IMG/VR virus record: IMGVR_UViG_2695420576_000002 | Coordinates: 1 to 12,124 of that record | From: a virus | Lineage: Duplodnaviria > Heunggongvirae > Uroviricota > Caudoviricetes | Length of the DNA stretch: 12,124 nucleotides | Direction: 5' to 3' (one strand) | Part shown: positions 1 to 7,777 of the stretch, piece by piece | Layout: each line of letters starts with the position of its first letter | How positions within the stretch are numbered: position 1 is the first letter of the stretch | The notes under the pieces: model-generated | What the model saw: the letters and a program-made list of their open reading frames with translations, nothing else | The model's database searches: none | What the model was told of the DNA's origin: nothing | Made by a program: the position numbers and the translations under genes

Positions 1-558
1 GTGCCAACGTTGGCACATTTGGGAAAAGCCAAACTTTTCGAATTAATGACAGAAGACGACGAAGAGCTTGCCGAACTGGCCGACGGCGGCACAGTTGCCG
101 GCCTGACGCTTGACGACGTTGATCGCATGTCAGTACGTGAATTGCGTCAGGCCCTGCGCGAAGCGCGCGAAACCAACGCAGCACAACAGCGCGTACTCGC
201 TGACAAAAATGAAAAAATAGACTCACTCTCCACCAGACTGGAGAAGAAATCCCGTATTCAGCCGCCTGAGCCTGATGAAGAGGTTAAGAAGCTGCGGGCG
301 GAAGTGACAGCATTAGCGGTTGAGGCGGAATCTGCTATCGCCGTTCGACTGTCCAGCGCTTTTGAGACGCTGTGCGCATATTGTGCTGAAAACATGATTG
401 ATACCCCCAGAGACTTCATGGCAGGCCTGGTCTGTCAACTGGAAAGCACAGCGCGTAGCCTGCGCTCCACATTTGACCTGCCGGATGAGCCAACAGGCAA
501 TGCCGCGCCTTCATGGCTGACTGAGCCGACGCCACAGATTAACGGGCTGGAGGCATAA
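1..558 (+). CDS. hypothetical phage early protein, 5' partial (reading frame open to the window edge)
   Basis: ORF runs from base 1 to TAA at 556-558. The transposase ATG follows 4 bp later with GGAGG at 548-552, so it is co-oriented with the transposase operon. Acidic N-terminal part and coiled-coil-like middle; no family recognised. True start is probably upstream of the window. Confidence 0.5.
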   Translation: MPTLAHLGKAKLFELMTEDDEELAELADGGTVAGLTLDDVDRMSVRELRQALREARETNAAQQRVLADKNEKIDSLSTRLEKKSRIQPPEPDEEVKKLRAEVTALAVEAESAIAVRLSSAFETLCAYCAENMIDTPRDFMAGLVCQLESTARSLRSTFDLPDEPTGNAAPSWLTEPTPQINGLEA

Positions 559-561
559 CCA

Positions 562-2331
562 ATGAATGCTGCCCTGACTGAACGACTGGTTTATGTCGCC
601 CGCGCGGCACGTGACGCGGGGCATGGTAAACGCGGTGCAATATACGACGCTGCCTGTGCTGAACTTGGCATGTCCCGCGCCACTCTGCTGCGCAGGCTGA
701 AGGAGGTCTCTGTGACTGATAAACGCAAAAAACGCGCTGATGCCGGACGCAGCGCCCTGACCCGCGACGAAGCCGCGCTGATATCTGCCACACTGCGTGA
801 GGCCACCCGCAAGAACGGTAAGCGTCTCTATTCCATCGCGGATGCAGTGGAAACCCTGCGGGCTAACGGCTTTATCTCCGCAGGCAGAACAGATGAAACC
901 ACCGGTGAGTTTTTCCCGTTGTCCGAAGATGCCATCAGTCGTGCCCTGCGTAACTATGGCCTGCACCCGGAACAACTGGATGCTCCTGCGCCGCATACCG
1001 AAGTGGCCAGTCTGCATCCCAATCATGTCTGGCAGATTGATGCCTCGCTCTGCACGCTTTACTACCTGAGCAATGGACACAAAGGGCTGCAGGTGATGGA
1101 CAGCGCGAAGTTCTACAAGAACAAACCCGCTAACCTTGCCCGTATCGCCAGTGACCGCGTGTGGAGTTACGAGATTACCGACCATGCCAGCGGCTGGATT
1201 TACGTTGAGTATGTGACGGGTGCGGAATCCGGTGAGAACCTGTGTTCTGTGCTTATCAACGCCATGCAGGAGCGTGGCGGCGCAGACGTGCTGCACGGCG
1301 TGCCAAAAATACTCTATCTCGACCCCGGTTCGGCAAACACCGCGGGTATGACGAAAAACATGTGCCGCTCACTGGGCATTGACCTGATAGCGCACAAGCC
1401 GCATAACGCCCGCGCCACCGGACAGGTGGAAAAGGCGCGTGACATTATCGAACGCAAGCTGGAGCCGGGTCTGAAGTTCCGGCCGGTTCACAGTCTGGAA
1501 GAACTCAACGCGCTGGCCGCGAAATGGCGCAGCCACTTTAACGCCACGGCTGTTCACAGCCGCCACGGTAAAACCCGCACGGATATCTGGCTGAAGATTA
1601 CTGCTGAGCAGCTGAAAAAAGCGCCTTCCGTTGAGGTATGTCGTGAACTGGCTGTGGCGGCACCAGAACTCCGCAAAGTCACGCCAAAACTTCGTGTCTC
1701 GTTCCGGGGCACTGAATTTGACGTATCAACGGTACCGGGCGTACTGGTTGGTGAAAAACTGATGATTACCCGTAACCCATGGCGCAGCGATGTGGCACAG
1801 GTGGTTCTGACCGGTGAGGACGGCCACGAGACGTTCTTCCTGGTCGAAGAGGTCAGAAAGAACGAGTTTGGCTTTGCTGAAGGCGCGGCGGTATTTGGCG
1901 AAAGTTACAAAGCCCTGCCGGAAACCCCGGCACAGATGGCGGCAAAAGAAACCGAAGCGCTGGTTACCGGTACAGACAACGCCGCAGATGCAGCCGCCGC
2001 ACGCAAGGCGAAGGCGCTGCCGTTCGGCGGGCGGCTTGACCCGTATAAACATATCGACGACACCACACTTCCGGCCTATATGCCGAAGCGTGGTCAGGCC
2101 TCTGACGTACGCGGGCCGCGCACTGAACAACGTCCCATGACTCATGTGGAGGCCGCGAAAGCCCTGCGCGATAAGTTCAGCGCCGACGGCCTTACCTGGA
2201 CGCCGGAACATTACCGCCAGTTAACGGCACAGTACCCGGACGGCGTACCGGAAGCCGCACTGGATGAAGTCATGGCCACGCTGACCACACCGGCCCGCAG
2301 CAGTGTTATCAGCATTGTTAACGGCAACTGA
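562..2331 (+). CDS. DDE transposase, Mu A-like (retroviral-integrase superfamily), 589 aa
   Basis: ATG at 562 with GGAGG 10 nt upstream. Candidate catalytic triad D160 (HVWQIDAS), D254 (LYLDPGS), E290 (TGQVEKA), giving the classic 35-36 residue D-to-E spacing. N-terminal region looks HTH-like. Shorter than MuA (663 aa) and unlike the MuA sequence as recalled. Confidence 0.85.
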   Translation: MNAALTERLVYVARAARDAGHGKRGAIYDAACAELGMSRATLLRRLKEVSVTDKRKKRADAGRSALTRDEAALISATLREATRKNGKRLYSIADAVETLRANGFISAGRTDETTGEFFPLSEDAISRALRNYGLHPEQLDAPAPHTEVASLHPNHVWQIDASLCTLYYLSNGHKGLQVMDSAKFYKNKPANLARIASDRVWSYEITDHASGWIYVEYVTGAESGENLCSVLINAMQERGGADVLHGVPKILYLDPGSANTAGMTKNMCRSLGIDLIAHKPHNARATGQVEKARDIIERKLEPGLKFRPVHSLEELNALAAKWRSHFNATAVHSRHGKTRTDIWLKITAEQLKKAPSVEVCRELAVAAPELRKVTPKLRVSFRGTEFDVSTVPGVLVGEKLMITRNPWRSDVAQVVLTGEDGHETFFLVEEVRKNEFGFAEGAAVFGESYKALPETPAQMAAKETEALVTGTDNAADAAAARKAKALPFGGRLDPYKHIDDTTLPAYMPKRGQASDVRGPRTEQRPMTHVEAAKALRDKFSADGLTWTPEHYRQLTAQYPDGVPEAALDEVMATLTTPARSSVISIVNGN

Positions 2332-2341
2332 GGAGGGAAAC

Positions 2342-3508
2342 ATGCTGGTACTGAAGCAGCAACTGAAAGAGGCCCGTATTCCACAGGCGGTGGTGGCGAG
2401 AGCTGTCGATGTTTCTGAGGCCACGCTGGCCCAGATTGTGAATCATAACGCGTGGCCCCGCACCAGCCCCGGAGAAGTGCGCCGGCGTCTTGCGTCCTGG
2501 CTGGAAAGTCAGGGGATTGATACAACGAAGAGTTTTGATGCTGTACAGGGCGCGGCCACGCCCCGTACAGCGGGTACCACAGATAAAACGAGCCTCAGTG
2601 AGGAAGAGAATATGTTACTCAAAAAACAGGTGTTATTTCCAGCAACCAAAAAAGCGTTTGGTCTTTTCCGTGACCCGTTCGCCGACGAAGCCATGCAGGG
2701 TTCTGATGATGTGTTCACCACCCCGGATATTCGCTACGTGCGTGAGGCGTTGTACCAGACAGCCCGTCATGGTGGGTTTATGGCCGTCATCGGTGAGTCC
2801 GGTGCGGGTAAATCCACGCTGCGCCGCGACCTGACTGAACGTATCAACCGCGAGAATGCGCCGGTAATTGTTATCGAGCCATACATCATCGCTATGGAAG
2901 ACAACGATGTGAAAGGGAAAACCCTGAAGGCAGCAGCGATTGCCGAAGCCATTATCAGTACCATCGCACCACTGGAAAGCATCAGACGCAGTCAGGACGC
3001 CCGCTTTCGCCAGTTGCATCGCGTCCTGAAAGACAGCAGCCAGGCGGGGTTCAGCCACGTTCTGGTGATTGAGGAGGCCCACAGTCTGCCCATTCCGACA
3101 CTGAAACACCTCAAACGCTTTTTTGAGCTGGAGTCCGGTTTCAAAAAACTGCTGTCCATCGTGCTGATTGGCCAGCCGGAACTGGCGACAAAACTGTCTG
3201 AACGCAATATGGAAGTCCGTGAAGTCGTTCAGCGCTGTGAGGTGGTCGAACTTCTGCCTCTGGACAATAACCTTGAAGAGTTTCTGACGTTCAAACTGCA
3301 ACGGGCCGGTAAACAACTGACGGACATTATGGACGCCAGCGCAGTGGATGCCATACGTGCCCGCCTGAGCAATCCGGGAAGTCATCGTAAAAATATGGTC
3401 AGCCTGCTGTATCCGCTGGCCGTCAGTAACCTGGTAATAGCCGCCATGAATCTGGCCGCTGAAATCGGGGTTCCACAGGTCAACGCTGACGTTGTCAAAG
3501 GGGTTTAA
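2342..3508 (+). CDS. transposition target-DNA activator ATPase, Mu B-like AAA+ protein, 388 aa
   Basis: Start chosen at ATG 2342 (AGGAGGG at 2331-2337) rather than the ORF-track start at 2303. Walker A GESGAGKST and Walker B-like VLVIEEAH. N-terminal HTH-like segment. Sits directly after the transposase, as B does in Mu. Confidence 0.8.
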   Translation: MLVLKQQLKEARIPQAVVARAVDVSEATLAQIVNHNAWPRTSPGEVRRRLASWLESQGIDTTKSFDAVQGAATPRTAGTTDKTSLSEEENMLLKKQVLFPATKKAFGLFRDPFADEAMQGSDDVFTTPDIRYVREALYQTARHGGFMAVIGESGAGKSTLRRDLTERINRENAPVIVIEPYIIAMEDNDVKGKTLKAAAIAEAIISTIAPLESIRRSQDARFRQLHRVLKDSSQAGFSHVLVIEEAHSLPIPTLKHLKRFFELESGFKKLLSIVLIGQPELATKLSERNMEVREVVQRCEVVELLPLDNNLEEFLTFKLQRAGKQLTDIMDASAVDAIRARLSNPGSHRKNMVSLLYPLAVSNLVIAAMNLAAEIGVPQVNADVVKGV

Positions 3509-3510
3509 TA

Positions 3511-3780
3511 ATGAAATCCACCACAGGTATCAACCAGCAAATCAGCAAAGTGCAGTCAGCCATTATGGCGCTTAAGGCGACGAACACGGATGTACAAAGC
3601 ATCACCATCAGGGGTAACAAACCTGTCATCCGCGTTTCCCGGAGTGCGCATTGCATGCGCATGCTTGAGCAGGGAAAGGCCTGTTATCTGTATACCGGTC
3701 ATGACCACAGGGGACATTTCCGTCAGGGCGTTTTCGAACTGCACGGCTGTCGCGTCGTGTGGCCGGAATCTTTGTGGTAA
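3511..3780 (+). CDS. hypothetical small protein (89 aa)
   Basis: ORF starts 3 bp after the B stop, same strand, within the operon. No recognisable motifs. Confidence 0.45.
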   Translation: MKSTTGINQQISKVQSAIMALKATNTDVQSITIRGNKPVIRVSRSAHCMRMLEQGKACYLYTGHDHRGHFRQGVFELHGCRVVWPESLW

Positions 3781-3807
3781 TCAGCACAACAGGAGGAGTC
3801 ATAAAAT

Positions 3808-4338
3808 ATGGCAAAAAGTACAAAAGGGGCAAAACGTATCAAAGCCGCAGCAGCACTCTGGGTGCCGGGGACACGCGAAGAGGTCATTGAGGGAATCAGA
3901 CTGCTTGGTGACGCGCAACGTGAACTGGTCAGGGCTGAAACAGAAATGAATGACACCATTGGCGACATCACTGCACGTTATGCCCCGCTCACCGAGAGCC
4001 TGAAAAAACGCATGGCCGAACTGCAGTCCGGTATCCAGACATGGTGTGAGGCGCACCGTGATGAACTGACCGGCAACGGGAAGGTGAAGTTCGCTAACCT
4101 CACCACCGGCGAGGTGCAGTGGCGAAACCGTCCGCCGTCAGTCAGCATTCGCGGGGCGGATAATGTCATTGAACTGCTGAGACGTCTGGGGCTTGAGCGC
4201 TTTATTCGTGTAAAGGAGGAAATAAATAAAGATGCCATTCTGAATGAAAAAGAGGCTGTGAAAAATATTCCCGGTATTACCATAAAAAGTGATATTGAGG
4301 ATTTTTCAATAATTCCTTTTGAGCAGGATGTGCAGTAA
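3808..4338 (+). CDS. gam: Gam-like host-nuclease inhibitor / DNA-end-binding protein
   Basis: 176 aa. AGGAGG at 3791-3796. The translation closely resembles Mu Gam as recalled, including the C-terminal IEDFSIIPFEQ segment and internal segments such as ETEMND, RPPSVSIRG and RFIR.KEEINK. Confidence 0.85.
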   Translation: MAKSTKGAKRIKAAAALWVPGTREEVIEGIRLLGDAQRELVRAETEMNDTIGDITARYAPLTESLKKRMAELQSGIQTWCEAHRDELTGNGKVKFANLTTGEVQWRNRPPSVSIRGADNVIELLRRLGLERFIRVKEEINKDAILNEKEAVKNIPGITIKSDIEDFSIIPFEQDVQ

Positions 4339-4380
4339 ACACACCACGTTAATTATTTAATAAAAACATTTTCTTTTTTA

Positions 4381-4417
4381 TTCCGGCGTCAGCGCCGCGG
4401 GCTTCTGCACGCCGGAA
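4381..4417. repeat. perfect 9-bp inverted repeat TTCCGGCGT / ACGCCGGAA around a 19-nt GC-rich spacer
   Basis: Read directly from the gam to zinc-ribbon intergenic region. Preceded by a T-rich stretch, followed by the RBS and ATG at 4436. No U-tract after the stem, so it is not a classic intrinsic terminator. Confidence 0.6.
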
Positions 4418-4435
4418 ACAGAGGAGAATTAAATT

Positions 4436-4630
4436 ATGATATTTAAATGTATTCAGTGCGAGAGGGATATAACAGCCCTGCGTTTTCACAGCGCCATCGC
4501 CGTGATGTCCGGTAAGTATCACATACCTGCAGTACGTGTCACCCTGGTCTGCCCGTACTGCAGCCAGCATTTTTCGGCGGACGTGCCCGTCATGGAATTC
4601 TCCCGCCCTGACAGGGAGGACGCGCAATGA
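4436..4630 (+). CDS. zinc-ribbon protein (CxxC...CxxC), 64 aa; possibly an Ogr/Delta-like or Com-like regulator
   Basis: C5/C8 and C39/C42 pairs. N-terminus MIFKCIQC resembles the Ogr/Delta start MFHCPLC as recalled. RBS AGGAG lies upstream of the ATG at 4436. Confidence 0.5.
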   Translation: MIFKCIQCERDITALRFHSAIAVMSGKYHIPAVRVTLVCPYCSQHFSADVPVMEFSRPDREDAQ

Positions 4631-4899
4631 TTACCCCACAGGAAGCACGACAGCGCACCCGAACTCTTGTTGAACACTATGTCAACGAGTGTGAATGCCG
4701 CGACCTCACCGATGTGAAGCACGTCCTGACGGCGCTAATCAGCATGGCCACACAGGCCATTGTGGCGACCAACGGAAAGGAGGCTGCCCTGCAGGTACTG
4801 ATGAACACACTCACCCACACGGCAGAGCATGAGGTGCCGTACCGGATGGAAACCACTGCAGAAGGCGGCCTGCACATCACCGTCAGCCGGAAGCACTGA
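4627..4899 (+). CDS. hypothetical protein (90 aa)
   Basis: ATGA start/stop overlap with the upstream ORF at 4627-4630, suggesting translational coupling. RBS AGGGAGGA upstream. No family recognised. Confidence 0.45.
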   Translation: MITPQEARQRTRTLVEHYVNECECRDLTDVKHVLTALISMATQAIVATNGKEAALQVLMNTLTHTAEHEVPYRMETTAEGGLHITVSRKH

Positions 4900-4908
4900 G
4901 GGCGCGGC

Positions 4909-5205
4909 ATGACACGAAACACCGAACTCACCCGCACCGCCCTCTACCGTCTGGCCCTGCAGCGTTTCGGGCCGGACGCACAGGCCCTGAAACTGGCAGA
5001 AGAGGCCGCTGAACTGGCGGCCAGTGCCGCCCGCAACCTGAACGGACAGGGCAGCGAAAGTGACCTCGCGGCAGAGCTGGCAGACGTGGAAATCATGACA
5101 GAGCAACTGCGCCTTCAGGGGATGGACCGGCTGATTGACTTCCACAAACAGAAAAAACTGGAACGTCTGGCTGCACGACTGGGCGTGATTTACACGAACG
5201 AGTAA
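4909..5205 (+). CDS. MazG-like nucleotide pyrophosphohydrolase family protein (tentative), 98 aa
   Basis: About 100 aa and helical. Acidic motifs LAEEAAELA and ELADVEIM are spaced like the EExxE and ExxD metal-binding motifs of small MazG-type NTP pyrophosphatases. Assigned from motifs only. Confidence 0.45.
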   Translation: MTRNTELTRTALYRLALQRFGPDAQALKLAEEAAELAASAARNLNGQGSESDLAAELADVEIMTEQLRLQGMDRLIDFHKQKKLERLAARLGVIYTNE

Positions 5206-5219
5206 CCGGGAGGCATTCA

Positions 5220-5435
5220 ATGGCTGACATACTCAGGGAAATCACCGCATGGACACTGATTCTTACTGGCCTGGCGACATGCCTCAGTGCGGGGGCAGCC
5301 CTGGCTGCCCTGCTGATGCACATAACAACACAGTGGTTATGGGAAAAGCTTAAAGCAGCATACAGCCTGAAAGAGCTGTCCGACGCTGTCCGGGCATGGA
5401 AACGGCAGAAAAATACCGGAGATACAGAACAATGA
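5220..5435 (+). CDS. small membrane protein (71 aa, one predicted transmembrane helix)
   Basis: Hydrophobic segment WTLILTGLATCLSAGAALAALLM followed by a charged C-terminus. RBS GGGAGG upstream. Confidence 0.4.
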   Translation: MADILREITAWTLILTGLATCLSAGAALAALLMHITTQWLWEKLKAAYSLKELSDAVRAWKRQKNTGDTEQ

Positions 5436-6115
5436 CAGACCAGAATAAACACATTGAGAAACTGAAAAAGTTGCTGGCGCTGGCCGCATCCGGCAACCCG
5501 CACGAGGCCGCTCTGGCACTGCGCCGAGCCCGTAAACTGATGGATGTTCACGGCATCACACATTCCGACATTGCTATGAGTGATATTGATGAAACCATCA
5601 GTCACTACTGGCCGACAGGCAGTCTCCGTCCACCGCGCTACATGCTGGGCCTGATGAACATCATCCGCGAGGTATTTGGTGTTAACTCCATCATTCACCC
5701 CGGCACGCATCCGTCTGTGGGGTTCTACGGCAACCGGGAACGTGCGGCACTGGCTGCATACACCTGGGAAGTGCTGGCCCGTCAGCTGAAAAAGGCGCGT
5801 CAGCAGTATATCAGTGCACAGAACAAAAGAATAAAAACCGCCACCCGCACCAGCCGTGGAGACCAGTTTGCCGAAGGCTGGGTGCTGGCCGTTATCAGTG
5901 AAATACAGTCCTTTGCCCTGACCGATGATGAGCGTGAACTGATGCAGCAGTGGCTGGAACATAAATACCCGCAGACGCAAACCACCAGGGCGCGTAAACC
6001 GGGAAGAAGCCGCAATGGCGACGCCTCGCGCTATGCGGGGTTTCGTGAAGGGCAGAACGTCAGACTGCACCGCCCGGTCAGTGGGCAGGAACAACAGAAA
6101 CTGGAGGCCAGATGA
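5432..6115 (+). CDS. DUF2786-like phage protein, 227 aa
   Basis: Start chosen at ATG 5432 (ATGA overlap with the preceding stop, GGAGA upstream) rather than 5396. N-terminal IEKLKKLLALAASGNPHEAALALRRARKLM matches the conserved N-terminal signature of the DUF2786 family as recalled. Confidence 0.55.
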   Translation: MTDQNKHIEKLKKLLALAASGNPHEAALALRRARKLMDVHGITHSDIAMSDIDETISHYWPTGSLRPPRYMLGLMNIIREVFGVNSIIHPGTHPSVGFYGNRERAALAAYTWEVLARQLKKARQQYISAQNKRIKTATRTSRGDQFAEGWVLAVISEIQSFALTDDERELMQQWLEHKYPQTQTTRARKPGRSRNGDASRYAGFREGQNVRLHRPVSGQEQQKLEAR

Positions 6116-6342
6116 TTACGCTATCAGGTAAAAGCCGGAAATTAAAAGCCTGCCGAATATCTGCCAGATACCTTTTTGCCCGCGCCTTTTTTAAGAACGT
6201 CAGGCCGGGGATCACAATTGGTGTTATTGCCGGACGCGAACAGGTTGAAAAATACATGTCAGGTGCATGGTGGAATAACGACCCTGTCATTGCTGCCCGT
6301 AATATTCATATCGAATGGGGAGGTATTCAGAATGACTACTGA
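6112..6342 (+). CDS. hypothetical small basic protein (76 aa)
   Basis: ATGA overlap with the upstream stop and GGAGG at 6103-6107. However the 5' half is AT-rich and contains a palindrome and T-runs, so part may be regulatory rather than coding. Confidence 0.3.
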   Translation: MITLSGKSRKLKACRISARYLFARAFFKNVRPGITIGVIAGREQVEKYMSGAWWNNDPVIAARNIHIEWGGIQNDY

Positions 6343-6538
6343 AACCATTGTCTGTTTTCTTTTCTGGTATATGTACGCAGGATCATGCAGCGCAAGACTT
6401 CATCGTTCCCTGGGCTATGGCAGGCACTACGACACCGCGCATTACATCCTGTACATGACCGCCGTCATGTTGTTCTGGCCAGTCACCCTGCCAGCTGCAA
6501 CCGACATTGTTGCCGACAGACTGAAAAAAAGGAGATGA
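6331..6538 (+). CDS. small membrane protein (69 aa, two hydrophobic segments)
   Basis: ATG at 6331 with GGGGAGG at 6316-6322. Hydrophobic stretches IVCFLFWYMYAG and ILYMTAVMLFWPVTL. Confidence 0.4.
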
Positions 6539-6539
6539 T

Positions 6540-6989
6540 ATGCAGAAAAAACGCCTGATACAGCTTATCCATATTGCCCGTAATGAACTGGGTATGGATG
6601 AAGACACCTACCGCCAGATGTTACAGGGGCTGACCGGTAAAGCCTCAACCAAAGGAATGGATACCACACAACTAAACTGCGTGCTGGAATCCATGAAAAA
6701 GAAAGGCTTTCGCGTTAAACCAGCCAGAAAAGCCAGCTCCGGTTTACCGCTTGATAACCATCCGCAGTCCAGGAAAATTCGTGCGCTATGGCTTGAAATG
6801 GCTGCTGCCGGCATTGTTCGTGACCGTTCAGAAAATGCATTAGCGAGGTGGATCAAGCGGGAAACGGGCATCAGCGCCCTGCGCTGGCTCAGTACTGAAC
6901 AGGCAAGCAGTGTTATTGAGAAACTGAAGAAGTGGCAGCGCAGAGCTGCGGGAGTCAAACATGAGCGACCTGAATCAGTTTCGAAGTAA
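6540..6989 (+). CDS. gemA: GemA/gp16-like regulatory protein (DUF1018 family)
   Basis: 149 aa. The translation matches the gp16 family pattern as recalled (LIQLIHIA...L.GLTGK.S...M...QL..VLE.MK..GF). GGAG upstream of ATG 6540. Sits immediately before the mor-like gene, as in Mu. Confidence 0.7.
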   Translation: MQKKRLIQLIHIARNELGMDEDTYRQMLQGLTGKASTKGMDTTQLNCVLESMKKKGFRVKPARKASSGLPLDNHPQSRKIRALWLEMAAAGIVRDRSENALARWIKRETGISALRWLSTEQASSVIEKLKKWQRRAAGVKHERPESVSK

Positions 6990-7350
6990 GGGGCCGGAAC
7001 TCCTGGTGGAACTGGCACAGCATACCTCTGAGACCGTTCGCGAGATTATTGATATTGAGCCCGAAGTTGCCGACCAGATTGGTCAGGCCGTCGCGAACCG
7101 AATGATGCAGGTCTGGGGCGGGCAAAACGTTTATTTCCCGATGGGCATGGTATGGAAGGTCAGTCAGCGCGACCGGGAAATCTTCAGGGAGTTTAACGGA
7201 CGCAACCACCACGAACTGGCCCGCAAATTTGGTGTTTCGCTTCAGTGGGTCTACAGCGTGGTTAAGCGGGTAAGAAAAGAAGAACTGGATCGGATGCAGG
7301 GCAAGCTATTTGCTGATGAACCCGATGCAGATACGGAGAAAAAAGAGTAA
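6961..7350 (+). CDS. mor: Mor-like middle-operon transcriptional activator
   Basis: 129 aa, the same length as Mu Mor. C-terminal HTH region FNGRNHHELARKFGVSLQWVYSVVKR resembles the Mor/C family. Last gene of the early operon. Overlaps the gemA 3' end by 29 bp. Confidence 0.8.
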   Translation: MSDLNQFRSKGPELLVELAQHTSETVREIIDIEPEVADQIGQAVANRMMQVWGGQNVYFPMGMVWKVSQRDREIFREFNGRNHHELARKFGVSLQWVYSVVKRVRKEELDRMQGKLFADEPDADTEKKE

Positions 7351-7511
<161 letters not shown>

Positions 7512-7673
7512 CAAATACGGCAATCCCGACGATGGGGATCAGCGCCAGCACGGTAGCAACGGCCTGTACGCGGGTGATCATTTTCGGACCGACAATGTTC
7601 AGCAGGACGAAGATCCACAGCACCACGACGCAGGTGATGGTTAATACCAATGGATCTTTCAGAATCGGGAAGA

Positions 7674-7734
7674 AGTAACTTAAATATCTAACTTAAATAT
7701 CCTACGCCAAAGTAACTTAAATATCCTACGCCAA
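7674..7734. repeat. nested direct duplication within adiC: 22-bp unit TAACTTAAATATCCTACGCCAA at 7689-7710 and 7713-7734, plus a 13-bp partial copy at 7676-7688 (net +37 bp)
   Basis: Read directly from the sequence. Relative to the expected single copy encoding IGVGYLSYF, the extra 37 bp shifts the frame and creates a TAG stop (translation ...[15 protein letters not shown]). Confidence 0.8.
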
Positions 7735-7735
7735 T

Positions 7736-7777
7736 GACCACCATGGCGATATTGCCGACCACCATGGCGATATTGCC
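7736..7777. repeat. perfect 21-bp tandem duplication GACCACCATGGCGATATTGCC x2 within adiC (in-frame repeat of GNIAMVV)
   Basis: Read directly from the sequence. The - strand translation shows [13 protein letters not shown] where native AdiC, as recalled, has a single NIAMVV. Confidence 0.85.

Noticed and set aside
511-1296. 261-aa ORF on the - strand, antisense to the transposase gene
   Set aside because: It lies wholly inside a well-supported + strand gene in GC-rich DNA, where long antisense ORFs arise by chance. No RBS and no recognisable motifs.
2303-2341. Upstream ORF-track starts for the B-like gene (2303) and the DUF2786-like gene (5396)
   Set aside because: The downstream ATGs at 2342 and 5432 have properly spaced Shine-Dalgarno sequences and avoid long overlaps with the preceding genes.
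2633-3385. 250-aa ORF on the - strand, antisense to the B-like ATPase gene
   Set aside because: Same reasoning: embedded antisense ORF in a GC-rich coding region with low-complexity translation.
5093-6094. 333-aa ORF on the - strand spanning several + strand accessory genes
   Set aside because: It overlaps four co-oriented + strand ORFs that have RBSs and coupled start/stop overlaps. The translation is Cys/Arg-rich and low complexity. It is probably spurious, though expression data would be needed to exclude an antisense gene.
6158-6170. Palindrome TATCTG-C-CAGATA inside the 76-aa ORF
   Set aside because: Only 6-bp arms, which is expected by chance at this scale. It is flagged only as a reason for lower confidence in that ORF.
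7674-7777. Possible CRISPR-like array suggested by the short direct repeats
   Set aside because: Only two or three copies of 21-22 bp units, directly adjacent with no unique spacers, and lying inside recognisable adiC coding sequence. These are duplications, not repeat-spacer architecture.
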